A DNA stretch of 64,000 nucleotides from Eutreptiella sp. 'Long Island Sound 2002' (GCA_964036045.1 OZ038379.1:76136001-76200000), one strand, 5' to 3'. Shown: positions 1 to 12,282, numbered from the stretch's first letter. The notes: generated by a model from the sequence alone, not told the origin. Program-made: numbers and translations.

Positions 1-27
1 CCCGATTTATGGGCTGTTCGACACTGT

Positions 28-504
28 GTGATGTTTGGGGATGCTGCATTGGATATCATTCGATATAGAGGAGGGGCATTCATCCCGCGATTGTCAGGTG
101 TCCGTTCCCAGGTGATCCCCCCTGCACGGCACACGCAGCAGAGCGCTGAGCTTTGGGTCTTGGTGTGGTTGGTACGGTTGGCAATCAGGTTGGGGTGGAG
201 TTATGTTGTGCTGGTCACGGATTCCCAGGTATCTGCGTGCCAGTTGGTGGCCCTGCGGGCGTCCACGTGGCTGTCAAGGCAGCAGAAGCTGGTGAGGGCC
301 CTGGTTCTGAGGTTGTTGCAGTCTGGTTTGATTGTCGAGGTCCGGCTGGTGCCGGGCGTTTTACAGCGGGCTGACCCGCCAAGTAGGTTGGACTCCAATT
401 TCCAGTCTAATGTGCAACGGGCGTGTTTCCGTGCGTTTCAACTCTGGCGGGTGTTGCTGAAGCACCCTCGCGAGGTGGTGTCGGTGGGAGGGTTGGTATT
501 GTGA
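28..504 (+). mobile_element. RNase H domain of a tyrosine-recombinase (DIRS/Ngaro/VIPER-type) retrotransposon, cut by the window edge
   Basis: The translation has QSAEL...VVLVTDSQV...VRLVPGVLQRADPPSR, matching the E / D / NPAD-SR motifs of DIRS-type RNase H. It is homologous to the ORF at 47413-47868 and is directly followed by a YR-like region. Confidence 0.75.
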
Positions 505-552
505 GGTGTTCTCTGTTAGTTTTAGAGAAACACAGGGTTCGCCATTTTCGCG

Positions 553-1500
553 GTGCTCAGTGCTTTTGCCATGCCTAAACGTGGAAAACGCCGCCGCCGT
601 AGGCGTGGAAAATTCCGTCACCGCCGGTCGGTGGAGGCGCTGCAGTGCAGGCGGGAACGTGCGCAACAGCACCTCAGAGTTGTGCTGGAGAGGCGCCTTG
701 CCTGGTGGCCGGTGAAGCGGATCTGGTTGGGTCTGGCTGCTAGGCTGGTCTTCATGCGGCCTTGCTCGAAGGAGGATGCTCCGGGGGTGCTGCAGCTGGC
801 GGCGCAGGACCTGGCGGGCCGTTTGCATGGTGTTGCGGAGCAGCAGAAGACCCCGTCCGGTGATGCGAATGTTAAGGGGATGGGCGGGAATCACCTGTGC
901 CGCCATCGTTGGATTGTGAGGGTTGGGGATAGTAGGCTGTACCTTAGTCTGTCGTCGCACACGAAGGCTGGGGGCCAGCGTCTGCCCTATATATGGGTCC
1001 AAGGGAAGCAGGTGTTGGTGCGGCGCGTGTGCTTCATGTTCCGTGCTTTTTGAGCGCCCGCCGTTTCTGAATATGCGGGGTCTGGAGTTTGGGGCCTGTG
1101 CATGCGAGCACTGTACCCTGTGGTTGGCGCCGGCGCCATGGATGTTTGTCTGCGGGCACCAGAAGCTGCCCCCCTGTGAGTTCGGGCGCCAGGGCTGCGG
1201 CCCCATGCCTTTTCCTGTATATGGGACCAAGGGGTGCGCGAGTTTACTGCAATGCATGTGCTATATCCAGGTGGTTGTAATCACCATCCGGTCTGCATTG
1301 CTTGAGTAGGATCAACATGTGTGCTGATGCGGTGCGGTCGTGCAGTGATACGGGCCGCTGACGTGAAGGCATCGGTGGGGATTTTAACCAATGGGAATAC
1401 AGCGCAATGAACTCGCGCGCTGGGGTTCGCGCCGGTGCTGTGGCTGCTTGGCTGCGTGCGCCGAGCGCTGACCCAGTTTGGGTTCGTATGTATGTAGGTT
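553..1500 (+). pseudogene. Degenerate tyrosine recombinase of the same retroelement
   Basis: Across frameshifts and stops: box I-like FLNMRGLEFGA (~1065-1100), HxxR-like GLHCLSR (~1290-1310), then GR*(W)R...EY (~1350-1400). This is the R...HxxR...GRW...Y order of YR integrases. Confidence 0.55.
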
Positions 1501-1551
1501 CCAGCTTGGTGAGCGTGTATGGTCTGTGCATGGGGACAAGGATGAGGGGTA

Positions 1552-2113
1552 CCAGAGGTGAATTGTTGAATTGCCTTGGTGCTTTGTCCTTTGTGATCCC
1601 CTGTTTGTCTTGCCCCGTTTTCGTTTACGAACAGGGGATCACTATCTCTGTGTGTGTACAGATTTGTTGAAAATTTATTGTGTTCCCCCCGCCCGCCCCC
1701 GCGCCCGCCCCCTCACTGTGTGCGGCGGTGCATATGAGTCTGAGATTCTTTGTTGGTGGGTTGTCGATACTTGCGGTATATTTCTGTCAGTTGTTATAAT
1801 TTTGGGGCTTAGGCCTGCATCAGTGCTGCTTCACGTGTTTTGATCGCCGGTGTGTGTACGTGTGTGGTTGTGTCCCATAGACCCGGCGGGGTCTTTTGGA
1901 GAGCGCACACTAAGGCCTGTGGCGCTATGGGCGAGTACAGCTTTAGATCTATTGCAGGCGATGAGGTCGCCCGCAGCACTCTGACTGTTTTGGTCGGCCA
2001 GAGGTGAATTGCTGCAAGACTACCAAAACGTCTTGAGACCAGCGCCTGTGCAAGCACCTGCGTGCCAGAGTTGAATTGTTGAATTGCCTTGGTGCTTTGT
2101 CCTTTGTGATCCC
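1552..2113 (+). repeat. 49-bp direct repeat (1552-1600 and 2065-2113, one mismatch) with a third partial copy at 1998-2011
   Basis: ccagag(g/t)tgaattgttgaattgccttggtgctttgtcctttgtgatccc occurs twice; ccagaggtgaattg occurs a third time. Confidence 0.9.
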
Positions 2114-2394
2114 GATGTCCCACCAAAAATATGTGGCGTGGGCAACGATGTGTGTGTACTGTATGCCAGGGCGTGAACAATGGCTTCGTGCGTCGTTGAC
2201 CTCTGTTGAGGATTTGTACAATGTTTCTTTTCGAAGGGCGGCCCGTGACACACGAGCTATGTGGCACAATGTATTGTTGTCCCTTACCCGGGCTTTGTGG
2301 GAAGAAGCGGCATCTTCGCGGCGTGCCTATTTTTCAGACTGCTGTAGTGTGCATACAGCTCATCATCTGGACCAACGGTGGATCCACTGGCTTA

Positions 2395-5012
2395 GGAGGC
2401 CTTAATTGCCCGCTCTGGTGACCCTCAAGAAGTCGAATTTGTTACCCCGAACTGGGGTGTTTTTTTAGGGTATGAAATGCAGGGGGGGGGCGAGTCACTG
2501 TTTCAGTGTGTGTTTTAAAAGCCATTTTTTTAACCGTACCAATGTTCCAATTCCGAATAGTCAATTTCAACCCCCAAATCAGCCAAATTCCAAAAATGAA
2601 ACGAAATTTCGCCACTCCTTTGAAATTGGCCGATATCATACCCTTTTTTCATGCATTCTTTCTCTCATGAGACGCGAAATTTCGTCACTCCTTCATTATT
2701 TGATGAATCAATGCCCTTATTGTGTATTTGTATTTGTGTATGTTAATTTGATTTCATTTGTACCGAAATTTGTGCCTTTGATGAATTTTATGAACATTCC
2801 GACAATCTTGGTATGCAGTATGTTCCCTGATCTGAGGCAAATATTTGAGTATTTGTTGTGAGGTGACCACAGGACATGGATCCGGCACTGCTAAGGGTGG
2901 TTGTGGCAAGTCGTGAGTTTCAAAACGTTGATGACCTCATGATGGATGTTGCCAATGGGGGCTATGCAAGGTCATTGGCTGTCTGGGCCCTGGCAATGCG
3001 AACAAATTGACGCTCACGGAAGGATCTTACACGGCTGCTGTTTGCCCATGGAATACGGAAGAAGCCCCGTTGGTACACTGTTTTCTCAAATCAATTGTTA
3101 CGCTTGTGGCGACTTTTGACAAAGATGGCAGCCCCTAATGCACAGTCCCAGGATGTACTAATGCCTATTTTATTGAGCCGGAGGACACGCCGATTGTTGG
3201 CTCCCACAGGACTTGTGCATGCAGCTATGCCCTCACCTACTGCCAATCCATGCCAACAAGCCACTTGGCTATGGCAAAGCATGCAGAACCGCCAGATGGC
3301 GCTCTGGTACGACAACTGGGTGAAAAAGAATTATGGGGTGGCCCCGCTGCATCCCGACCACTCCATAAATTACACAGTTGTGGCCGTGTTACATTTGCCA
3401 GCGCTACCACCATTTCCGGGTCATGTCTCACTAATTCATGCCGTCCAGGCAATTGGGGCACATGTTGATGCTTTCCAACTCCGTCATGCGGATCTGTTTC
3501 GGCGGGTTTATGCTCTTCCTGACATGACTTAGCGCACCTTTGTTAGAGTTCCCCTGGGCATTGTGCGGCAGAATGTGCTATCTCTCCGTTGGCAACCAAT
3601 GATGCTGTCTCAACTACGGTGTGGAACCAAACTTGAAACTTCTAAATACAATTCGGCATGTGCAGCAGGCAACCCGGCATGATTTGCCTCTGTGTGTGGA
3701 TATGAAGATTCACTATGAGCTCTTGAAATACCTGTATGGGGAGAGTTACACTTCATGGATTTTCCAATTGCACTAGTTAAGCCTCCTCCTCATCTTCGGG
3801 GTTGGCACCCGTACAAGCATATGATCACTCTGCTTTACCGCAATTTTATGCCCAGAATCTGGCTGATCGAGAGAGTACACACCGATTTCAAGGAAGGGGA
3901 TGCAGTACCGACAAAGGTGAAGCTCCTTCATATGGAGAAGACAATACTGGCGCTTTGTCTAAATGCTGGCACTTACCTACCAAGAGTTCAGGCAAGATTT
4001 GATGTATTTGCTGTGGCGGCGCAGAATGGACCACTGACGGACATGCAGTCTAAAAGCAAGGAGCTATTTTTGGGGTTGAAGGTGTTGTTGAACGAGTATT
4101 GCCCAGCTGCATTTAGGATTGGTGTCCTCGTGAGGGACTGCAATTGGGCTGGTAGAGATCCCGGAAGTGGGAAGAATGCCTTGGCAGTGCTGGAGTCTTG
4201 TTTGTTGGTTATGCTTTCTTTGGTGGGGGATCAATGGGAGAATGTGGAGTACATCCTGGTGACATGGCAGCGTTGGCACTCTCGAGCGCCCGGTTGTATT
4301 CACGGTGAGGAATATGGGGAGGCAATGTTGAGCAAGTTGTGTGCACTGCTATGATGAGTCATTGGTGACTGCAGAACCACCATCCTTTGAGCAGGTGACT
4401 TGAATTTTAATTTGTGTCCGACTTTATTTGACTTGATATTCAGACTCACCCTTTGAGGGTGTTGGCACATGGAATTGCCTTTTGTAGGCAACATTTGGTA
4501 TTTTCTGTGATGTATGTTTGTGTATTGATTGATTATAAAGAGTTCTTTATGGTTCAAATCGTATGTCTCTGATATTATGTATCAATCGGGTAATGTGGCA
4601 AGCAGCCAATGGACTGACAGTATTTTTCTACCTCATTATCCTGCATTTTGCTAAATGTGGCGAAATTTCGCGTCTCGTTGAAATTCCTTGAAAATGGGGG
4701 TTTGTTTCACCATGCATTAGTGTATTGTTTCACAGAGTGTCACCTGTACACAACAGAAACCCTTCACTGTAGAATGCAAGTTGTCCTTCAGTGTTATTTC
4801 TTTGAATTCAGATACCTGTTTTAGCTGGTTTACAAGTGTGCTCAATTGCAGGCAAAAAGGGCAAAGTGGACAATATGGGGCATGATTTCAGTCAAAGACC
4901 TCACTCGTTGTGTGCCGTGTGCAATTGGGGGGTAGTAATTCACCATTTTTTTCACCCCATGAATGGCCTTCATTTCGCCCCCCCCCCCCCCCCGCGGGCA
5001 ATTAAGGCCTCC
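2395..5012 (+). mobile_element. Complete cut-and-paste DNA transposon: 19-bp perfect TIRs and a TA duplication
   Basis: Left TIR GGAGGCCTTAATTGCCCGC (2395-2413) and right TIR GCGGGCAATTAAGGCCTCC (4994-5012), with TA at 2393-94 and 5013-14 (empty site CTTAAG). Subterminal inverted motifs: gagacgcgaaatttcg (~2669) versus cgaaatttcgcgtctc (~4661). Confidence 0.9.
2875..4354 (+). pseudogene. Frameshifted DDE-like transposase (DUF6589-like motif order) inside the TIR element
   Basis: Motifs LWYDN, LCVDMKIHY, RGWHPYKH and GEEYGEAMLS appear in order across ORFs 3095-3532 and 3755-4354 and the intervening frames. A paralogous copy lies at 12293-13790. Confidence 0.6.
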
Positions 5013-5979
5013 TAAGATTGGGCCACCCTCACAAAACACTGGGAGGAGGGGGCCTGGCGTGAAAGAGTGAAATACCTAGAAGCGGAGAGGGCAGAGCTCC
5101 GGGTGCTGCAAGTTAAACGCCGCCGCTCGCAAGACACCGAGCCACACACACCAAAGAGGCGACCCCTCCCATGTTATACAGCTCACAGGATCATCTGTCT
5201 GCGAATCACCTGATGATTCTGTCACACAGCTAACTGGGTCGCCGCGGGGTGCGACTTAGTTTTCATGATGCCACCCCCATCTGCAGTTCATAAGACGTGT
5301 GAGTTTTTCAACTCTGTGAGATCACTTCGTGTGTTTCATGCCCTGTTTTCTTTTCTTTTCTTTTGTTTGTGTCTTACCGAAAAACTCCCTTAGTTCGGGT
5401 GTGGACCCTAAGGTCGTGGCAGGTCTCACCTCCTACATATAATGTGCAGTATTAAATGGGCAGGTGCCCCCGCTGGATTCCCTGAGTCCCAAGGACATAC
5501 GTCATCCGTATCCACTCCAGTGGCTAAGCCTTTCTGAGTGTACACACTCTTAGGCCATGGCGCCTACGCACACTGTTGCCTGTTGGCAGAACTTACCAGT
5601 GTCGGAAGACAAAAAAAAAGAATCTGCCCCGAACAACGCATATCTAAGTGGCCAATTTTGCAATCCTCTCTCAGATCCCTCAGTATCATGCCTCCCCATG
5701 GCTTCATATGTGCTCCCATTGACAGGGAATGATCACCCAATCACAGCCCAAAGGCCCCCAAGGGTTGTTTGTTGAAGGACGCCCAAGAATTGGTTTTGCA
5801 GCCAACCCATGCTAGCCTAAAAACGGCTAAGTCCTCCCTAGTGGGGCCGATGTGGAAAATTACATTGTCTTTGGCAAGTCCACCTTGTAGAGAATGAGGA
5901 ATGATCCTCAAAGTGGCTAGTTTCGCACTCATCCCTCAGGTCCATGAGGATGGTGGCTCATAATTTATGCGTGGTGTCG

Positions 5980-6600
5980 GAGGTTGCCCAAGACTCGCTA
6001 TTTTGAGCCAACCCTTGCCGGCCAAAAATGGCCGAGTCCTCACTAGTGGGTCCCTACGGGCTGGGCCGATCTAGGAAATTTGGAGGTGGCATTCGGAACC
6101 CTTGTCATTGGTTAGAGGGCAAATTTTGAAGAATAAATTGGAATGGGACAATGGTCTAAACCCACACATTTTTTGACAATTTTTGCCATTTGTAGTGCAC
6201 ACAAGCCCAAAACAACGATCCTCAGGGCCAGAACTTTTTCAAAGCTGGCTAAGATGGATTGGGTGGGAGTCCATGCACAGTGGCGGCTATCGACCAACCA
6301 TATTTTGCCCACTAAAGTGCACACAAGCCCAAGGCAGCGCTCTTTGAGGGCCCATAAGCGCCCCTAAGAGGGCCTATTTGGTGCTACATGGCACCCAATG
6401 GGTTTATATTTACTCCCATTGTCAACACAATCAACCGAAAACAGTCCAAGTGTCGTCGGGGGTTGGCCGGAGGTCACCAAGGAGTCGCCATTTTTGAGCC
6501 AACCCACGCCGGCGACCCAAAAATGCCACAATCCATAGGCGGCTCTCGAGCTCGCACCTACACCGGCCATGGCATGCAATCTGGATACCGTTCAAAAGTA
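5980..6600. repeat. Dispersed interspersed repeat (family also at 30640-31100 and, reversed, 39290-39790)
   Basis: Shared blocks such as tttgagccaaccc..gccggc, gcccat/tgtagtg..acaagcccaaaac.acg and atttggtgct.catggc.ccc.atgggtt. No credible coding potential. Confidence 0.7.
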
Positions 6601-7212
6601 CTCTTTGTCAAGAGTTCTGCAGCGTCTGTTGTTTTTGTAAAATATGCATGCTGAAAAAAGGGGGTGAACTACAATAAAAAGTTGGCTATTGTGAGGTCCT
6701 CTATTTTTTTGTGTGTGAAAGGTTATAATAGTAGGAATAGGCAACACAAAAGCACAATGCAGATACCTCAGAAGACACCATTGGAGAATAAACCCGATTC
6801 GGCTGCATCCATGCAGATTTGTTCGTCTTTGTGAGAGTATGCCAACCAGATGGACACCTCATTTCAACAACAACAATTTTGGATATCCGAGATTGGGTTA
6901 TTGGTTGCCAAAGTGCTGTGCATAGCGCTACATTGCCGTTTTGTTGTTCTGCAAAGCACTTCTGCTGCATTATTCAAACGGAGCGCTTTATAGAGCGCTT
7001 TTTGTGTCAGGGAAGGTTTTTATGGCAACTTTTGTATATGGCTCGAGTGCTTTGGCTATCGAAGTTTATTGGGACCAAAGTGGATATGAACATTTGTTAT
7101 ACATATTATACTGTTGCATTCCTGGTATGCGGCATTGACTGTAGCACTGCTTTGTGTGTTTGCTTTTTGCGGGAGTGTGCCGTATTCGGCACGAAGTCGC
7201 CGCCCCATACCC

Positions 7213-7935
7213 CGGAGGTACGGGGGGGGGGGGTACGGGGGGGGAGGTATGGGGGGGAGGTACGGGGGGGTACGGGGGGGGGGTACGGGGGATTTGGCGG
7301 TTACAAGGCGGTGCACACATAGGGCGGTGCATACACAAGGCGGTGCACACAAAAGGCGGTCTATAGCCACCGCAGGAGTCTTGTCATTCAAGGGGCCACG
7401 GGCAAGGTGGTACACACGAAAGGCGGTGCACACAAAAGGCGGCCTGTAGCCACCGCAGGAGTCTTGTTATTTAAGGGGCCACGGGCAAGGCGGTACACAC
7501 AGAAGGCGGTGCACACACACAAGGCGGTGCACACGCAAGGCGGTGCACACAAAAGGCGGTCTGTAGCCACCGCAGGAGTCTTGTCATTCAAGGGGCCAGT
7601 GGCAAGGCGGTACACACAAAAGGTGGTACACACACAAGGCGGTGCACACAAAAGGCGGTCTGTAGCCACCGCAGGAGTCTTGTCATTTAAGAGGCCACAG
7701 GCAAGGCGGTACACACAGAAGGCGCTGCACACAGAGGGCGGTGCACACACAAGGCGGTGCACACAACACGCGGTCTGTAGCCACCGCAGGAGCCTTGTAA
7801 TCTAAGCGGAGGTGCGGAGGTTGGCCTCCGCGTCGAGCGAAGCGAGGCGAGCTAGAGTTACAGGGGGGATACCGGGGGGGGGAGGTACGGGGGGGGGTAC
7901 GGGGGGGAGGTACGGGGGGGGGGTACGGGGGGGCG
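7213..7935 (+). repeat. Compound tandem array: two (GGTAC-G6-10)n blocks flanking a higher-order VNTR
   Basis: G-run arrays at 7213-7292 and 7860-7932. Between them are five copies of a ~55-60-bp unit (gtagccaccgcaggagtcttgtcatt.aaggggcca) at ~7364, 7447, 7563, 7662 and 7777, separated by variable numbers of 15-17-bp aaggcggtgcacac(ac) subunits. Confidence 0.9.
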
Positions 7936-7959
7936 CTTTCTTGCCGACTATCTGTGCAT

Positions 7960-8447
7960 TCGCACCGGTTTTGACCGAACACCACCCAATATGTGGAAAC
8001 GGGCGCCTAGTTAAAACCTTAAATTTGGACACATTTATTGTAGCACCATTTTGGCGAAGATAGCAGGAGAAACGCACACGATGGCACCAAATTATGCGCA
8101 AAACGCAGCAAAAAGTTGCCAAATTTGCGCCTTTGCGAATCCCCCACTCAAAGGAACGCTTCACGAAGGGTACACCCGCCTACCATGGCTAGGTGTGGCC
8201 AATCACATGTCCCCAATCCTAAGACCAACTCACGGAGCACCCCACCCACCCCCCCCCCCCCCACCCCCCCCCCCCTTCTGCCATAGCCCCCCTCCCGGTT
8301 AGCCTGGTTAGCCCTCCCCACTTTGCATGCACACATAGAACACACAGACACACACGCAAACACACAGTACAACAAGAATTAGTTACAGCTTGGTCTCTTG
8401 TTTCAAAGCAACTTCGGTGTTGGTAGGGAAGAAATCCCCCTCACTTA
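7960..8447 (+). repeat. Copy 1 of a ~490-bp near-identical duplication (copy 2 at 11795-12282); the upstream module 7090-7195 is also repeated at 11615-11730 and partly at 11476-11515
   Basis: Read directly: cgcaccggttttgaccgaacaccacccaatatg ... gaagaaatccccctcact(t/c)agca at both loci, differing by a few substitutions and poly-C length. Confidence 0.95.
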
Positions 8448-11095
8448 GCACTTGTGCGTGTCTTTGAAATGCACACAAAGAATACGCGGTCGCAAAGAAA
8501 TGACACGAACATCAAGAAAATTGAAGCCCCCCCGAGTTCGGACCACATCTATGGTGAAAGGGAGGTGGGCTGGGTACACTGTTTTCAAATAGGCAACCAA
8601 GTGGGTAGAGAATGAAGATGGGTGCACCAAACAAACGTCGTCAATAAAGCGAGACAACCAAAGCCTCGGGCAATCCGCCGTGTCAAAGCATCTTGTCTTT
8701 TCCTAGTAACGTAAGATCAAGTTGGCCCACGGGGCCGCGCGGTTAGTTCCCATTGAAAATCCGTATACTTGTCTAAAAATGCCTGCCGTAGGCGCGTGGA
8801 ACACGTTGTGGTTCCACACGAAATTAAAAAGAACTAACCCAATGCTCAAATCAGCAGAATGAGGGATGGAGAGGTAGGGCCGAAAATCAACCAAAGGCGT
8901 GAAGTCCGAATGACTTGTAGGTGACAAAGCCACGTCGCAAATAAGACCTCATTAGGAGACAATAGATCAAGGTTCAAACGACTCAAAAGGTACCAACGCC
9001 AATAATTGTAGGCGCCGGCTATGTCGGTCCACATGAAATTAGTGTAAAGTGCCGAGAAATCAATGGACGTAAAATCTGAACTCTTCAACGTCCGACCGTG
9101 TAGACCATGATTGGAGCCGGTGTACAAAATCGAGTGAGCCAATGAGAGGGGAATTTCGCGAATCACCGGCGCGGTCCATTCTAAGGAGCATGGCCCCTAA
9201 TGTGGAAAGCAGCATAGAGCAAAACGTGGCGGACCAACGAGAAAGGCCGACCACCGGTCTACTTGGCCACCTATCGTCAATGTGTGGGGTTCCTTTGTGG
9301 CTTTTAGCCAATAGATAGAAAACCGGGAGCTTACCCACCGAAAACGAGTCCATAAAAGTCGTGAGGGGCTTTTGGAGTGTCTCGGGTGCCGTACTTAAGA
9401 TCAAGTCCCGTGCAACATGCATCCATTTGTTCCCCTTGGAAAGCCAATATTTTTGAGAAACAAGAGAGGGGAGACTCAACTTTTCATAAACCGGCGGACC
9501 ACAAGTGTGTAAACCCACCATGTGCGCTTTTTGTTCCAAACAATATGCATCAAGTGACATTGTGATGTGATCACCATCTTTGTCGCACGCCACCACACAA
9601 TGCTCGGCGAAATATTTTTCCAATTTATAAGGCGTCCAACATACCCCGCGGACCGGCACATCATTCGTATCGATATCGGATAATGCGAACCGGCATAAAT
9701 CTTGAAACTCACATACCTTATTTGTCACAAACAAACCATCGGCACCCAATTTGTCAAGCACAACTTTAGGTGGCGCCACACCGGAAGCTTTGAGTAAGGC
9801 CTTGTGAGGGAAGGTGTCGAAAAAATTCCCTTTAGGGTGTTTGGTATGAAACAACGACCACAACAGCACTTTTTCGGTTTGTGTATGGAGTCCTCATACT
9901 TCAATGTTTTCGATGCGGGTGTAAAAGGCGTGAGTTTCCCACCATAGGATAGAACAAAGGAGAGGTACGGCGGAATGTTTGACGCCGTCGTATCACCGTG
10001 TAATGTGGTTGGCACAAATGGTTTTGGCACGAATGGAGGATAGTCATGTGGTGCCTCGAGAATATGGGAAGCATGTGTCCTTAAAAAACGGCGGCGTTCA
10101 TCATATGCCTTCTTTCGGCGAAGGCAACTCAATGACTTTTTGGGCGTCGGGCGCGCGGTGTGTTCGTCCCCTAATTGCTTCTTTTTCGACCGCACCCGGA
10201 GGCTTTTGAAGGTACTTGAAACCCCACTTTTGAAGCATGAGAGCCGCGTGCCGATCTCGGAGTGCTCGCCGAGCGTGAAGAGCTAGAAGATCCCGTTGTG
10301 CGCGAGCGGTGTGAAGACGAACTCCAAGAGGAGTGGCTAGTGGAAGAGCTACGTCGCGTGGCGTGAGAAGATGAAGATCCTTTTCGTCCCTTGGTCTTGG
10401 AATTAGATGCACTGGGTAGTTTCAAATGCTGCAACAAAAGGCGGATGTCGGATAATTGATCGGATAGATCCTTTTCCCGTTCCGCGTCCTCATCCTATGC
10501 CTCACGAAGGATAGTTTGTTTATTGATTGATGCGGATTTCAGTTTCGCACTTCTTTTGCACTTGAAGTTCATTCCATTTTTTGCAACGGAGTGTATGAGA
10601 AGCGGTCACGTCACTTGTAGCACGAGTGATGCATTGAACAACTTGTCCTCTTTGTGCCGCAAAGTCAAAGGGTGCCAAAACACCACCTCGTGCCCAACGT
10701 CCATGCATGGTTTGTGCTTCGGTGAAGTATTCATTGAGCGCTTCTTGAGTATTTTTGAACTTCGCAGCACAATGAGTTTGCCGTACACGTAATGCATTTT
10801 TGGGCAAGTCAATTTTCACCGAGTATTTAGCATTGTGGATTTTCCGTTGTGCTTCTTCTTCCAAAGTTCGGCAGATAACCGTTGACCCGTCGTGAAAAAC
10901 ATCCTTCTTGGCAACAAATCCGTGTTCTTTAAAGTATTCAAGTTTGTGCAAGCCAAACTTCTTGTTATGAAGAGCTTTGTAGGCGAGCAAAAAAGTCACC
11001 ACCACCGGCCGAATTCCATGTGGCACATCCCGTAAGTCCCATTGATGTTTAGGGCGTCTACAGCGTGGTTTGTTGTTCTCCTTCTTGCGAGGCAT
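8445..11095 (-). mobile_element. Penelope-like retroelement reverse transcriptase, fragmented; the C-terminal/GIY-YIG part is missing
   Basis: In order on the minus strand: DKD, LPVFYLLAKSHK...RPVVG, TSIDFSALYTN (motif A), FRQVYGFSMGTNRAAPWANL (motif B), RFIDD (motif C), FNFLDV. The ORF is cut at HFKDTHKC by the duplicated segment. Confidence 0.85.
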
Positions 11096-11454
11096 AACGG
11101 CGCAAGAATGCTTGATGGCAAAATGAAATTTTGAACGCTGTGTAATTTGCCTTGGGTGTGACCGAAGGTCTCCTCTAGGTCAACCAGTGAAATGCAAGAG
11201 GGCTCCACGTGCAAATAAAAGCAGATGTGTAATCAAAACATGTTTCGGGCAGATTTGCCCCTCATCAGTTGTGAACGTGCGAACAAGAAGCAAAATGTCA
11301 CCAATGGACTGAGAAATCGGTAAGCACACAAAGGTAACAAAAAATAGCAACAAGAAGCGATGGCGACTGGCGCCGTGGAGCGCGCTGTGGGCGCGTGTCC
11401 GTCCTCGTGTGTGACTCCCGATCCAAAATATATCGAAACAAATACAGCCAGAAA

Positions 11455-11615
11455 TTTTCGAAAATTTTCGGGTCAACATTTGTTATATATATTATACTGT
11501 TGCATTCCTGGTATTTTTGAAAATTTCCGAAAATTTTTAAACCTTTTCGAAAATTCTCAAAAAGGTACAAAAATTTCCGAAAATTTTCAAAAACTTTCGA
11601 AAATTTCTGGGTGGA
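11455..11615. repeat. AT-rich array of quasi-palindromic (C)GAAAATTT(T/C)(C)G motifs
   Basis: About eight copies of gaaaattttcg / gaaaatttccg / ttcgaaaatt within 160 bp. Confidence 0.8.
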
Positions 11616-11794
11616 CATTTGTTATATATATTCTACTGTTGCATTCTTGGTATGCGGCATGGACTGCAGCATTGCTTTTGCAGCACTGCTTTGTGTGTTT
11701 GCTTTTTGCGGGAGTGTGCAACCCATTGCACGAATTTCGTACGAAATTCAAAACCTTGAATTTGGAGCGAATCTTGTGTGAATTTAGGTGAATT

Positions 11795-12282
11795 CGCACC
11801 GGTTTTGACCGAACACCACCCAATATGTGGAAACGGGCGCCTAGTTAAAACCTTAAATTTGGACACATTTATTGTAGCACCATTTTGGCGAAGATAGCAG
11901 GAGAAACGCACACGATGGCACCAAATTATGCGCAAAACGCAGCAAAAAGTTGCCAAATTTGCGCCTCTGCGAATCCCCCACTCAAAGGACCGCTTCACGA
12001 AGGGTACACCCGCCTACCATGGCTAGGTGTGGCCAATCACATGTCCCCAATCCTAAGACCAACTCACGGAGCACCCCACCCCCCCCCCCCCCCCCGCACC
12101 CCCCCCCCCCCTTCTGCCATAGCCCCCCTCCCGGTTAGCCTGGTTAGCCCTCCCCACTTTGCATGCACACATAGAACACACAGACACACACGCAAACACA
12201 CAGTACAACAAGAATTAGTTACAGCTTGGTCTCTTGTTTCAAAGCAACTTCGGTGTTGGTAGGGAAGAAATCCCCCTCACTC
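11795..12282 (+). repeat. Copy 2 of the ~490-bp duplication
   Basis: Near-identical to 7960-8447. Confidence 0.95.

Noticed and set aside
5530-5541. Second SL fragment (CTTTCTGAGTGT)
   Set aside because: Only 12 nt match, without the T-run/CG end; this is compatible with chance in 64 kb.
7300-7800. CRISPR-like repeat/spacer pattern
   Set aside because: The apparent spacers are themselves copies of one 15-17-bp subunit.
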